Below are positions 46,558-56,235 of a stretch of 64,000 nt of DNA, one piece after another. The notes beneath the pieces were generated by a model. The model was not told where the DNA came from. It made no database searches and saw only the letters and a list, made by a program, of their open reading frames with translations. The stretch comes from Patescibacteria group bacterium (GTDB taxonomy: Bacteria; Patescibacteriota; JAHJAL01). Numbering within the stretch: position 1 is the stretch's first letter; each line of letters opens with the position of its first letter. Position numbers and translations under genes: made by a program. The DNA is taken from assembly GCA_049322675.1 (NCBI GenBank), contig JBMORM010000025.1:64520-128519 (forward strand), read 5' to 3'.

Positions 46558-47940
46558 ATGAAAAACAATTCCGAGAGTTCGTTTTCTGGTGAAAGACAAG
46601 GCGATGATATCGATAAAGGTTTAAATAGAAGGGAGTTTTTGAAAAGATTGGGTTGGTTTGGGTTGGGATTGGCGGCGAGCGGTTTGGGGTCAGGGTGTGA
46701 AAAACAAACAGCTGATGAGACGATAGAAGTAGGCGAATTGTATGATCGTATTAATAACAAGGAAAAACCGGTTGCAATTTGCAGTGGGTTTGATTTGGTG
46801 AAAGCCAAGGGTTTGTCGTTGGAATTTGATTTAAATTTGGAAAAGTTTTCCGAGGAAAGATTGGAGTTAATTTTTCCTATTGCCGGTAGTCAGGATAATT
46901 ATTATCTATTGGATATTTCCCGGGGGATCGACGGTAAATGTCGTTTGACTGATGCTATGGTTTATGATGATCGAACATTGGTGGAAAATGATTATACTAA
47001 AAAGGTAAATCATGAAAAAGTGGTGACATTGAGGTTATTACTGGATCCGACTGACAATTATATTCACAATTACCATAAGGAAAATCCAGAACAAAAGTAT
47101 AAATTTATTTCTCGAATTAATCACAATAGTATTTGGCGGGAGGAGAAGAAAAAGATTTACAATGTCGCGCAATTTCCTTTGGTTTATCGGGAAAAAATGA
47201 GCGATGATTTATTGATCGGTGTTGACAATGCCGCAAATCGTATAACTTTGTCCAATCAAGAGTTTGATAAGTTGATAAAAGATATTTATAGGGCAGCGCG
47301 ACAAACGAATATAATGTGTAATACGTGGAATAAAGATCTTGGTTTGGCCGTCAATCAGATTATATTTTATGAGCCAACTGATGAAATTAAAGGTAAAAAT
47401 AAGGTGTTGTCTGTGTTGCCGGCGACTTTGTATTGTTACAATCAAACAGCAAATCGCAAATTTGTGTTTTTAAAAAATAATATTATCTTGAGCAATAAAT
47501 TGTTGAATAATCCTTCTGATGCGAAAAAGGCGGTTTTATATGAGTTGGTTAAACAATCTTCTCGATATCTTTTTGGAAATAATGAGACCAGTTTAGAAAC
47601 GCAATATTTTCGCTTCCGAGAAATTAACGGACAGGTTGTTTTTGATTATCGTAATGACAATTTGTTTGGGACGGTTATAAATACGGTGGACGAGGATCGG
47701 GAGATAGATGTTATGAAAACCGGTTCAGTGATAAATGATTCAGTAGATATGTATGCTTCTGTAGTGGCTTCGATGGGTTATGATTTTGATCGGGTAGTGG
47801 ATAAAATTGAAAGAATGTCAAAAGAAGAAGATAAAAAAACAATGAAGGGAATAATTCATTCTTTGATAAACATACTTGGTGATTCTGGGGAAGTGATAAT
47901 GGGCGAAAATTATGCCAAGATAAAAAAATACTTGCAGTAG
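46558..47940 (+). CDS. Twin-arginine-signal lipoprotein-like protein
   Basis: LNRREFLKRLGWFGLGLAASGLGSG-C; TTGACA promoter at 46499. Confidence 0.7.
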   Translation: MKNNSESSFSGERQGDDIDKGLNRREFLKRLGWFGLGLAASGLGSGCEKQTADETIEVGELYDRINNKEKPVAICSGFDLVKAKGLSLEFDLNLEKFSEERLELIFPIAGSQDNYYLLDISRGIDGKCRLTDAMVYDDRTLVENDYTKKVNHEKVVTLRLLLDPTDNYIHNYHKENPEQKYKFISRINHNSIWREEKKKIYNVAQFPLVYREKMSDDLLIGVDNAANRITLSNQEFDKLIKDIYRAARQTNIMCNTWNKDLGLAVNQIIFYEPTDEIKGKNKVLSVLPATLYCYNQTANRKFVFLKNNIILSNKLLNNPSDAKKAVLYELVKQSSRYLFGNNETSLETQYFRFREINGQVVFDYRNDNLFGTVINTVDEDREIDVMKTGSVINDSVDMYASVVASMGYDFDRVVDKIERMSKEEDKKTMKGIIHSLINILGDSGEVIMGENYAKIKKYLQ

Positions 47941-48057
47941 AGATCTGTCAGGTAACTAGTATAATCGCATATTTTATCAAGGTATTATTTGGACGATTGA
48001 TTTGATAGAATAAAGTTACAGGTTTGGAAAAAAATTTATTTATGTATAGATATTTTT

Positions 48058-49194
48058 ATGATTAAAAAAACTTTTGCTTGTTTATTGTTGATTTGTTGCA
48101 TGATGTTTCCCGCTTCGACTATGGCAGCGGTGGATTTTCGTTCTGGGGAGGAAATTGATTTGTCCACCCAGGTTTTTGCCGATGATGTGATGGTGGCTGG
48201 GGCGATGTTGAGTGGAGCGCCAGAGATCAAGGGAGATTCTTTTATAGTTGGTAGTAGTATCGATTTGAAAGGCAGATATGGGGATGATCTCAATGTGGCC
48301 GGTAGCCAGGTTGACGTGTCTGGGGAAATTGCTGATGATTTGCGTATGGCTGGTGGAAATGTGTCAGTCGATGCGCGGATTGGCGGCAATGTTTTTATTG
48401 CTGGTGGACAAGTAGATATCAATGAGTATTCGGTTATTGCCGGTGATGTTTATGTTGCAGGAGGGATGGTAACGATTGGTGGCGAGATAAAGGGCAAGTT
48501 GCATGTTTCCGGCGGCAAGGTTATTTTAAATGGTATTGTTGATGGAAATACTGTTATAGAAGCGGAAGATTTTTCGATGGGAGAGGATGCCAAAGTTTTG
48601 GGTGATCTGAAATATGTAGCAAAGGAAAGATTGGTTGATAATGGAGAGGAAAATGTATCGGGAAAAGTTGAATTTACCAAATTTGAAGACATGACGGTGC
48701 CAGCGGTTGATATTGGAAAGGCGGCTTGGGTTGGACAAGTTTCTGGTTGGTTGGTTGGAGTGGTGATGATGTTTGTAGTGGGTTTACTGTTTGTTTTGTT
48801 GTTCAAAAAGTTTTCTGACAGTATTTGTCAAAATTACGTCAAAAAGATGGGATGGAGTTTGTTAATCGGATTGTTGATGTGGATCGTGATTCCTGTTTTG
48901 TCGATAATTGTTATGATTACAGTAGTCGGTATTCCGTTGGGAATTATGATGTTGTTGGCGTATGGTATTGTCTGGTATCTTGCCAAGGTAATGGCGGGAT
49001 TGGCGGTGGGCTCTTTGATATTGTCTAGAAAAAATGATAGAGCGGGGGGCATGGTGTTGTCTTTAGCGATAGGTTTGTTGGTAACCGAGTTGATTTCCGT
49101 GATTCCTTTTGTGGGTTGGTTGTTTGATTTGGTTCTAATGCTGGCTGGAATGGGAGCGATTGGAATGTTGTTTGGAAAGAAAGTTGAAAGTTAG
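48058..49194 (+). CDS. Polymer-forming cytoskeletal (bactofilin-like beta-helix) membrane protein
   Basis: Repeated (V/I)-x-G-D-x-x-x-AGG units and four C-terminal TM helices (ITVVGIPLG, IPFVGWL). Confidence 0.8.
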   Translation: MIKKTFACLLLICCMMFPASTMAAVDFRSGEEIDLSTQVFADDVMVAGAMLSGAPEIKGDSFIVGSSIDLKGRYGDDLNVAGSQVDVSGEIADDLRMAGGNVSVDARIGGNVFIAGGQVDINEYSVIAGDVYVAGGMVTIGGEIKGKLHVSGGKVILNGIVDGNTVIEAEDFSMGEDAKVLGDLKYVAKERLVDNGEENVSGKVEFTKFEDMTVPAVDIGKAAWVGQVSGWLVGVVMMFVVGLLFVLLFKKFSDSICQNYVKKMGWSLLIGLLMWIVIPVLSIIVMITVVGIPLGIMMLLAYGIVWYLAKVMAGLAVGSLILSRKNDRAGGMVLSLAIGLLVTELISVIPFVGWLFDLVLMLAGMGAIGMLFGKKVES

Positions 49195-49250
49195 AAAGTT
49201 GTAAGATCATAAAGTGATAGTTAAAAATTAAAAATGTTTGGAGGTGGACA

Positions 49251-49568
49251 ATGGTAAAGGTTTTAGAATTGGAGACAGTAGATGATTTTTCCAAAAATAT
49301 TGCGGGGACTTTGACGATAGTTGATTTTTTTGCGGTCTGGTGTGGTCCTTGTCAAATGATGAAACCGATTTTTGAAAAAGTGGCCGAAGAAATGGAAGGT
49401 ATAAATTTTATATCGGTTGATGTTGATAAATTTTCTGAGTTGGCGGCCAAATATGATGTTATGAGTATTCCAACTTTTGTTATTTTCAAGGATGGACAAG
49501 CGATTACGGTAAAAAATGGCGCCATGAGCGAGTCGGATTTTAGAAATTGGATAGAGAAGAACAAATAA
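49251..49568 (+). CDS. trxA: Thioredoxin
   Basis: DFFAVWCGPCQM, SIPT. Confidence 0.95.
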   Translation: MVKVLELETVDDFSKNIAGTLTIVDFFAVWCGPCQMMKPIFEKVAEEMEGINFISVDVDKFSELAAKYDVMSIPTFVIFKDGQAITVKNGAMSESDFRNWIEKNK

Positions 49569-49575
49569 AAAAACA

Positions 49576-49712
49576 GTTTCCAATTTTCAATTCTCTATTT
49601 TTCCCTCACGGGATCGAACTGCTGCTGACAAACATGTTTTGTTGAAATATACGGAGATAATTTATAATATTTGGAAATTTATTGGAAATTGATCATTGGA
49701 AATTGAAAATTT
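49576..49712 (+). repeat. Heptamer palindromic element with nested 35-nt insert
   Basis: tttttccctcacgggatcgaactgctgctgacaa inside the left arm; core aacatgttttgttgaaatatacgga. Confidence 0.75.
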
Positions 49713-49714
49713 TT

Positions 49715-50461
49715 ATGAAAAATTATTTATTTGTTGCCAATTGGAAAATGAATACCACGGTTGCTGAAGCTGAAGAGTTGATAGATGGTGTGGTTGATGG
49801 TTGGGAAAAAGAAGAAGATGTTGTTGTACTGTGTCCACCTGCTTGTTTTTTGGAACAGTGCAGCTTGGTTTTAGATTCCAAGAAGGTTAAAAATATATTT
49901 TTGGGTGCGCAAAATGTTTCTTGGGAACAAAAAGGAGCGATTACTGGCGATATTTCCGTGACAATGGTTAAGGATTGGGTGGATTATGCGATTGTTGGTC
50001 ATTCGGAAAGGCGTCAGTATTTTTCGGAGACTGCTGTTTTGATCAATAAAAAGATAAAATTATGTTTTGAGTGCGATATTAATCCGGTCTTGTGCGTGGG
50101 TGAAAAGAGATTGTTGTCAGATGATATTACTGAGATTGGTCGGGATTTGTCGGAATGTTTGGCGGGTCTATCTATAGGCGAAGCAAAGAAAATATCTATT
50201 GCTTATGAGCCGGTGTGGGCGATTGGAACAGGCGAACCGGCCAATCCAAATTATGTCAATCGCGTTATTCGTGATTTGCGAGCTTGGGTCAAAGATGAAT
50301 TTGGGTTTGAAGTGGCAGAATCTATTAAATTTTTGTATGGCGGTAGCGTGGATGAAAAAAACTCGGTTGATTATTTGAAGCAAGAACATGTTGATGGTTT
50401 ATTGATTGGTGGAGCCAGTTTAAAGAAGGATAAGTTTTTAAAAATAGTAAATTTTTCTTAA
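49715..50461 (+). CDS. tpiA: Triosephosphate isomerase
   Basis: ANWKMN, GHSERR, AYEPVWAIGTG, YGGSV, GLLIGGASL. Confidence 0.96.
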   Translation: MKNYLFVANWKMNTTVAEAEELIDGVVDGWEKEEDVVVLCPPACFLEQCSLVLDSKKVKNIFLGAQNVSWEQKGAITGDISVTMVKDWVDYAIVGHSERRQYFSETAVLINKKIKLCFECDINPVLCVGEKRLLSDDITEIGRDLSECLAGLSIGEAKKISIAYEPVWAIGTGEPANPNYVNRVIRDLRAWVKDEFGFEVAESIKFLYGGSVDEKNSVDYLKQEHVDGLLIGGASLKKDKFLKIVNFS

Positions 50462-50525
50462 AAAATAATTGCTTGCTGCTTGATATAATATTTGGTTTTT
50501 GTTAATATTTCAGATAGTTTGTTAA

Positions 50526-50641
50526 AATTTCCAATTTAAAAATTATCAATTTCCAGAGAATTTCCAATTTCTTGTTTCTAAAAGTTTTCTAATATTCCAA
50601 CGGAATATGTTTGAAAATTGAGAATTGAAAATTGGAAATTG
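50526..50641 (-). repeat. Heptamer palindromic element, core A in reverse orientation
   Basis: Reverse-complement core caaacatattccgttggaatattaga; a further left arm at 50739-50771. Confidence 0.72.
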
Positions 50642-50654
50642 CGTTTGTATCTAT

Positions 50655-50726
50655 GGCTCCATCGTCTAACGGTTAGGACGTCAGATTTTCAATCTGAAAA
50701 TCGGGGTTCGATTCCCCGTGGGGCTA
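50655..50726 (+). tRNA. tRNA-Glu(TTC)
   Basis: tcaga-tt-TTC-aa-tctga; ggttcgattcc. Confidence 0.95.
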
Positions 50727-50856
50727 CTTTTTAAATACAATTTTTAATTTTTTAATTTTCAATTTCCAATTGACGGAAGTTGAATTTTTTTGAACCTTTA
50801 TACTTGATAAAATTACTGATTTATGTCATTGTATAAATTGAATGCGGGAAATAATT

Positions 50857-51225
50857 ATGACAAAGAAAATAATAATATCATTTATAAGTGTGTTTTTGAT
50901 GACCGGACTTTCAGGTTGCTGGTTATTGGATTTTAACGCGAGGATGGCGATGCGGGCTATTCCCGGTTTTGAGCACAATGACGAGGTTCTATTGAATGAA
51001 GCTCGTTCGTTTTTTTTCGAAAAAAAAGCCGCATATAGCGCGGCTGATTGGGTGCAAGGACCTTGTTTGGGCAAGATGAACGATGAATGGGTGGTGGATG
51101 TCGTTCATAATCCTAGATTGCCTTTAGATAACGATCAGGCCAATCAATGTCCTGATTATTACAATAAAATAGTAGCCCATTATATTTTGATTGATATGGA
51201 TGGGAAAGTGGTGGAGATGAAATAG
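50857..51225 (+). CDS. Small lipoprotein
   Basis: LSG-C lipobox; GPCL...WVVDVVHNPR...NQC. Confidence 0.7.
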   Translation: MTKKIIISFISVFLMTGLSGCWLLDFNARMAMRAIPGFEHNDEVLLNEARSFFFEKKAAYSAADWVQGPCLGKMNDEWVVDVVHNPRLPLDNDQANQCPDYYNKIVAHYILIDMDGKVVEMK

Positions 51226-51276
51226 GGGGCTTCATTTTTGTTGAAGATGGATTGAAAACATGAAAAGATAGGTTGA

Positions 51277-51753
51277 TCAATGCTTTTTTCGGTAGTGATA
51301 AAATATTTGCAAAGCAAAAAGATAACTAGATAGTCGGTTGAGAAATTTGAGGATTTCGGGCGGAGGGGTTTCCAGACGGTTGATAGAACGTTCGGCACGG
51401 CGGGCAATGGTACGGGTTATGTTGATAAATATTGGTATTTCGCTATCACCAGGTAGATAAAATTGTTTGGGGCAGGGAGTGTTTGATTCAATTTTTTTAA
51501 TTTGATTATCCAATTCGTTAGTGGAGATATATCGATTGTTGGTTGGAAAATTGGCTAAAATTGAAGCAAAACAGGACAACTGTTTTTGAATGAGAAAAAC
51601 AGTTTTTTTGTGTTCAAAGGAAATAAATCTGATAAGACCCAAATATCCTATCAATTCATCTAAATCTCCAAGGGCGTCTATTAGTTTGCTGTTTTTTGGT
51701 AAAATATTTCCTTGAAAATCTTTTGTGTAGCCATTGTCGCCGAAATGCTTCAT
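51277..51753 (-). CDS. PduO-type cob(I)alamin adenosyltransferase-like protein
   Basis: GDNGYT, GDLDEL, FYLPG, RTIARRAER, LNRLSSYLF. Confidence 0.88.
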   Translation of the reverse strand: MKHFGDNGYTKDFQGNILPKNSKLIDALGDLDELIGYLGLIRFISFEHKKTVFLIQKQLSCFASILANFPTNNRYISTNELDNQIKKIESNTPCPKQFYLPGDSEIPIFINITRTIARRAERSINRLETPPPEILKFLNRLSSYLFALQIFYHYRKKH

Positions 51754-51837
51754 AGATTCTTAATAATTGTTCATGTCTTATTTTAAAATATTTTTTTGTG
51801 ATATGATAGGGTAGAAGGCTATTTTTAGGGGGTATAT

Positions 51838-53634
51838 ATGAGCGGACTTTTTGGTTATGTGGGAAAGAGACGGGCTTTGCCTGTGTTAATGCAAGGTTTA
51901 AAGTTGATGGATTCGTTTGCTTTTGATTCTTGTGGATTGTTGTTGAAAGATAGAAACAGAATATATACCAAGAGAATAATCGGGAGTGTAAATGATTTGG
52001 AAAGAAGTTTGATTGATTATCCGGGCCAGGAGAGGATGGGCGCGGTACACTTGCGTTGGGCAACGCACGGAAGTGTTGAGGAAAAAAACACTCATCCGAT
52101 AATGGATTGTGAAGGAAAGATTGCCGTGATGCATAAGGGGATGATATTAAACTATTTGGAATTGAAAGAAAAATTGGAGGTTGAGGGTCATGTTTTTAGA
52201 ACTGATACTGATTCTGAAGTGATTGCTCATTTGATAGAAAAAAATTATGGTGGGGATTTGTCGGTTGCAGTGAGAAAGGCATTATTGGAAGTTGATGGTA
52301 CGTATGGTTTGTTGGTTTTTCATGAAGATAACAATAAAGAGATGGTGGTGGCCAATGCGGGTATGGGGATGATTATCGGTTTGACAGAGGGTGAGTATAT
52401 GGTAGCGCTGGATGAAAGGGTTTTATTTCCGTTTACCGATAGGGTTATATATTTAAATGACGGCGAAATGTCGTCTATTTCAGAAAATGGGGTGATTAGT
52501 TCTTTGATTACTGGTGGAAGTATAAATGTAATTAATAAATTTGTAGAAAAAATAAAAAAATCAGATTCGGGATTAAACAATTATTTTGATAGTATTGAAA
52601 AGGAAATATTTAGTCAGCCGGAAATGGTGGAAAATATTCTGGCTGGTCGTATAGATTTGTCTAGCGCGACTGCTCATTTTGGCGGTTTGGGCAAATACAA
52701 GGATTTTTTAAGACAAATAAATCGAATAGTATTTGTTGGGTCGGGAAGTTCTTTTTTTGCGGCTTTGTTGGCCAAGGAGTTGATTGAAGATTATACGGCG
52801 ATTATGGTAAATAGTTATTCGGGGTTGCAGTTTAGATATAAAAGATTTAATTTGTCAAATGAAAAGACGGCTTTTTTTGTCATCAGCCAATCCGGTTCGA
52901 CCGACGATACTGTTGCTGCCTTGAGAGAAGCAAGGTTGTTGGGAGTGAATGTTTTTGGTATTACCAATACTGTTGGTAGTCCGGTAGCGAGAGAGACAAA
53001 TGCCGGTGTTTTTTTACATTCTGGTCCGAGTTTAGGTATGCCTTCGACTAGGTCTTTCTTGGCTCAATTGATAGCTTTGATTTTATTGTCGGTTTATATT
53101 GGTCGCTTAAAAGGATTGTCACCGAATACCGGGTTGGATATTTTGAGGTTATTAAAAAAATTACCTCAGGAACTGAAAATTGTTTTGGCTCAGTCTTTCT
53201 CTATTCGTGAAATTGTAAAAAAATATTGCGAGTCAAATATTTTCTTGGTAATTGGAGAAAAATATTGTCAGGCGATTGCCAGAGAGACGGCATTGATGTT
53301 GAGTGAGATAGGAGATGTGTCTGCTGAAGCTTCTTCTTTGAGTGAGGTAAAGTATGGAATGATTAATAAGATCAATGAAAATTTTTCGGTGATATGTTTA
53401 TTGCCTAGAGATTTGTTGTTTGAGGAAAATGTAAAAATGGCTAAGGCAATAAAAAATCAAGGAGCAAAGGTGATAATAGTAACTGATGAAAAAAATGAGG
53501 AGTTTGAAAAAGTTTTTAGCGACGTGATCTATGTGCCAAAGAGCAGAGATATCATTTCTCCGATTTTGTTTTTGATGGCATTGCAAATGTTTGTTTTTTA
53601 TTTGGGCAAGGAAAAAAATTCATTGATAGTGTAA
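51838..53634 (+). CDS. glmS: GlmS-like protein with degenerate catalytic residues
   Basis: HLRWATHG, TDTDSEVIAHL, ISQSGST; Cys1 replaced by Ser; C-terminal LAKSVT motif absent. Confidence 0.75.
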   Translation: MSGLFGYVGKRRALPVLMQGLKLMDSFAFDSCGLLLKDRNRIYTKRIIGSVNDLERSLIDYPGQERMGAVHLRWATHGSVEEKNTHPIMDCEGKIAVMHKGMILNYLELKEKLEVEGHVFRTDTDSEVIAHLIEKNYGGDLSVAVRKALLEVDGTYGLLVFHEDNNKEMVVANAGMGMIIGLTEGEYMVALDERVLFPFTDRVIYLNDGEMSSISENGVISSLITGGSINVINKFVEKIKKSDSGLNNYFDSIEKEIFSQPEMVENILAGRIDLSSATAHFGGLGKYKDFLRQINRIVFVGSGSSFFAALLAKELIEDYTAIMVNSYSGLQFRYKRFNLSNEKTAFFVISQSGSTDDTVAALREARLLGVNVFGITNTVGSPVARETNAGVFLHSGPSLGMPSTRSFLAQLIALILLSVYIGRLKGLSPNTGLDILRLLKKLPQELKIVLAQSFSIREIVKKYCESNIFLVIGEKYCQAIARETALMLSEIGDVSAEASSLSEVKYGMINKINENFSVICLLPRDLLFEENVKMAKAIKNQGAKVIIVTDEKNEEFEKVFSDVIYVPKSRDIISPILFLMALQMFVFYLGKEKNSLIV

Positions 53635-53661
53635 AATAAAGTAGTTGAGCTAATTTTTTTT

Positions 53662-54819
53662 GTGAAAATAATAAAAATATTATTTGTTATTGTTTTGATG
53701 CTTTCTTCCTTTTTTTTAGGAAGTGCTGTTTCTATTAGTAAAAGTTTTGTTGAAAATAGTCATCAGAGTATTTTTAAACAATTTGTTGCCAATAGGGATA
53801 TAATAAATGAGATTCAAAGTTTGGTGGAAACGGATTTTATTGGTGAAGTTGACACGAAGCAGATGTTCGATCAAGCAGTAAAAGGTATGATATACGGTTT
53901 AAATGATCCATATACCGAGTACTACAATGCAGCGGAGGCAAAAGCGTTTTGGGACGATTTGAATGGTAATTTTGAAGGCATAGGTGTTGAAATAAGTAAT
54001 TCTGATGGTCGGGCTTTGGTAATGAGTGTATTGGACAATTCTCCGGCAAAAAAATCAGGTTTATTGAAAGGAGATGTGGTTTTATTGGTGGATGAAATTG
54101 ATGTGGAAGGTATGACAATAGGAGAAATTGCCAGTAAAATAAAAGGAGCAGCTGGGACTGTGGTAAAATTGAAAGTATTGAGAAATCAAGAGTTATTGGA
54201 TTTTTCTATAGAGCGAGCGGAGGTAGTTGCGGAGAGTGTAATGACTTATATACAAGACGATGTTTTGATTTTGCGTTTTTTGCGTTTCGATGAAGATACT
54301 GATTTGGAATTGAAAAACAAGATACAAGGTTACGATTTGTCAAAAATAAGGGGCATTATTGTCGATGTTCGAGGAAATCCGGGAGGTTATTTTGATTCGG
54401 CAATAAAAGTGTCTGACCTTTTTTTGAAGGAAGGCTTAATAGTTAGCGAGAGACACAAAGACCAGTCAAAGGAAGATTGGAAAGCAAAAGAAGGTGATAT
54501 TTTTGAAGATCAAAAAATTGTTGTATTGATTGATGAATATTCTGCCAGCGCTTCGGAAATATTGGCAGGGGCTATTAGTGACAATGACCGGGGTGAGTTG
54601 GTGGGAAAAAAGACATATGGTAAGGGTTCGGTGCAAACTGTAGAGGAGCTTAGTGATGGCTCGATATTAAAGATAACTTCTGGTGAGTGGTTGACTCCCA
54701 AGGGATTAAATTTACGCAAGGATGGAATATTACCCGATTTAGAAGTTGATTTGCAGGATTTGAAAGATGATTTACAATTGAAGAAGGGCATGGAGTTGTT
54801 ATTAGATAAAACTAAATAA
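53662..54819 (+). CDS. ctpA: S41 carboxy-terminal processing protease
   Basis: DPYTEY, PDZ domain, DVRGNPGG, SASASEILAG, TYGKGSVQ. Confidence 0.92.
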   Translation: MKIIKILFVIVLMLSSFFLGSAVSISKSFVENSHQSIFKQFVANRDIINEIQSLVETDFIGEVDTKQMFDQAVKGMIYGLNDPYTEYYNAAEAKAFWDDLNGNFEGIGVEISNSDGRALVMSVLDNSPAKKSGLLKGDVVLLVDEIDVEGMTIGEIASKIKGAAGTVVKLKVLRNQELLDFSIERAEVVAESVMTYIQDDVLILRFLRFDEDTDLELKNKIQGYDLSKIRGIIVDVRGNPGGYFDSAIKVSDLFLKEGLIVSERHKDQSKEDWKAKEGDIFEDQKIVVLIDEYSASASEILAGAISDNDRGELVGKKTYGKGSVQTVEELSDGSILKITSGEWLTPKGLNLRKDGILPDLEVDLQDLKDDLQLKKGMELLLDKTK

Positions 54820-54836
54820 AATGATAAAGGAAAATT

Positions 54837-55283
54837 ATGAAAGTAATGTTATTGGACAGTGTGCCAAAATTGGGAAAGATGGGAGATATAGTGGATGTTT
54901 CAGATGGTTATGCTCGCAATTATTTATTGTTGCGTAGGTTAGCGGTACTAGCTACTGATTCACAGATAAAAAAACAAAGCGAAATGATTGCTAAAAGAAA
55001 GGCGGCCATAGATTTGGAGAAAGAAAAATTCCAGCAGTTACTTGCTAGCTTATCTGGGAGAGTGGTTAATTTAAAAAGAAAAGCTACAAGTGATGGTAAA
55101 CTTTTTGGCAAAGTAACTGCAGTTGATATAAAAAAAGAGTTAACCGTGGCTGGGTTTGATATGTCTGAAATCGAAGTGGACGCTGGTAATATTTCTAAAG
55201 TGTTGGGAGAATATGAGGTTGACTTGACTTATGACGCTGAACTCAAGACAAAAATTAAAGTAATAATTGATAAAGAGGAATAA
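54837..55283 (+). CDS. rplI: 50S ribosomal protein L9
   Basis: MKVMLL...LGKMGDIVDVSDGYARNYL, GKLFG. Confidence 0.96.
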   Translation: MKVMLLDSVPKLGKMGDIVDVSDGYARNYLLLRRLAVLATDSQIKKQSEMIAKRKAAIDLEKEKFQQLLASLSGRVVNLKRKATSDGKLFGKVTAVDIKKELTVAGFDMSEIEVDAGNISKVLGEYEVDLTYDAELKTKIKVIIDKEE

Positions 55284-55295
55284 TAAAAGTAAATT

Positions 55296-55622
55296 ATGGG
55301 AATAATTGATCAGGCTAAACAAAAGTTTAGCGATGCTAAGCAGTTGTATAAATTGCAGAGTCAGGCAAAGGCGATTCAAAAAGAATTGCGCGATTTGTTG
55401 ATAGAGGCATCTTCATTGGATGGTAGAGTTTCTGTTGTTTTTAATGGTGAACAAAAACTGGAAGAGATTCATATTGATGATTCTTTGATGGTTGCCGGAG
55501 GAACGGCCATTTTGGAAAAAGGTTTGCGGGATGCAATTACTCAGGCTTTGAAAAAATCTCAACAGGTTGCAGCAGAAAAGATGAAGGAAGTTGCTGGTCA
55601 ACTAGGTATTCCTGGTTTGTAA
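55296..55622 (+). CDS. ybaB: YbaB/EbfC nucleoid-associated protein
   Basis: QKELRD...GRVSVVFNGEQ...LGIPGL. Confidence 0.88.
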   Translation: MGIIDQAKQKFSDAKQLYKLQSQAKAIQKELRDLLIEASSLDGRVSVVFNGEQKLEEIHIDDSLMVAGGTAILEKGLRDAITQALKKSQQVAAEKMKEVAGQLGIPGL

Positions 55623-55632
55623 TTTTTGATTA

Positions 55633-56235
55633 ATGAAAATTATAGTTGGTTTAGGTAATCCGGGGATTGAATATGAAATGACTCGACATAATGTTGGGTT
55701 TTTGGTGGTGGATCAGATTGCAAATATTGAGAAGATTGATGGTTGGAAGGAAAAACGGAATTTAAATTGTAAGATTACCGAGTGGACGTTTGATGAAAAG
55801 ATTTTTCTGATTAAACCGACTACTTTTATGAATAATTCAGGGATTGCCGTGTCCAAGGTTTTAGAATATTACAAGTTGACTATAGATGATTTGTTGGTGA
55901 TTCACGATGATATGGATATTGAGTTTGGTGATATAAGAATAAAAAATGGTGGTGGTACTGCTGGTCATCATGGATTGGAATCAATAGTATCCTATTTGGG
56001 AAGTGAAAAATTTTTAAGGATTAGGGTTGGGATTGGAAAAAAAGGTAACAATGTTTTGTCTTCTGATAAAGGCGGGAAACATGTTGTGGGCAAATTTAAC
56101 GATGAGGAAATAAAAAAACTACCCGGTGTTATTGGTCGGGTAGTTGAAGCTGTAAAATGTTGTTTTCGTTATGATTTGGATTATTGCATGACTGAATTCA
56201 ATAAAAAAATATCCGATAACCTGCTTATGGAGTGA
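55633..56235 (+). CDS. pth: Peptidyl-tRNA hydrolase
   Basis: GLGNPG, TRHNVG, KPTTFMNNSG, HDDMD, GHHGL. Confidence 0.96.
   Translation: MKIIVGLGNPGIEYEMTRHNVGFLVVDQIANIEKIDGWKEKRNLNCKITEWTFDEKIFLIKPTTFMNNSGIAVSKVLEYYKLTIDDLLVIHDDMDIEFGDIRIKNGGGTAGHHGLESIVSYLGSEKFLRIRVGIGKKGNNVLSSDKGGKHVVGKFNDEEIKKLPGVIGRVVEAVKCCFRYDLDYCMTEFNKKISDNLLME

Noticed and set aside
7689-50771. CRISPR array interpretation of the recurring repeats
   Set aside because: The repeats are dispersed, degenerate and palindromic, with no regular repeat-spacer period and no cas genes.
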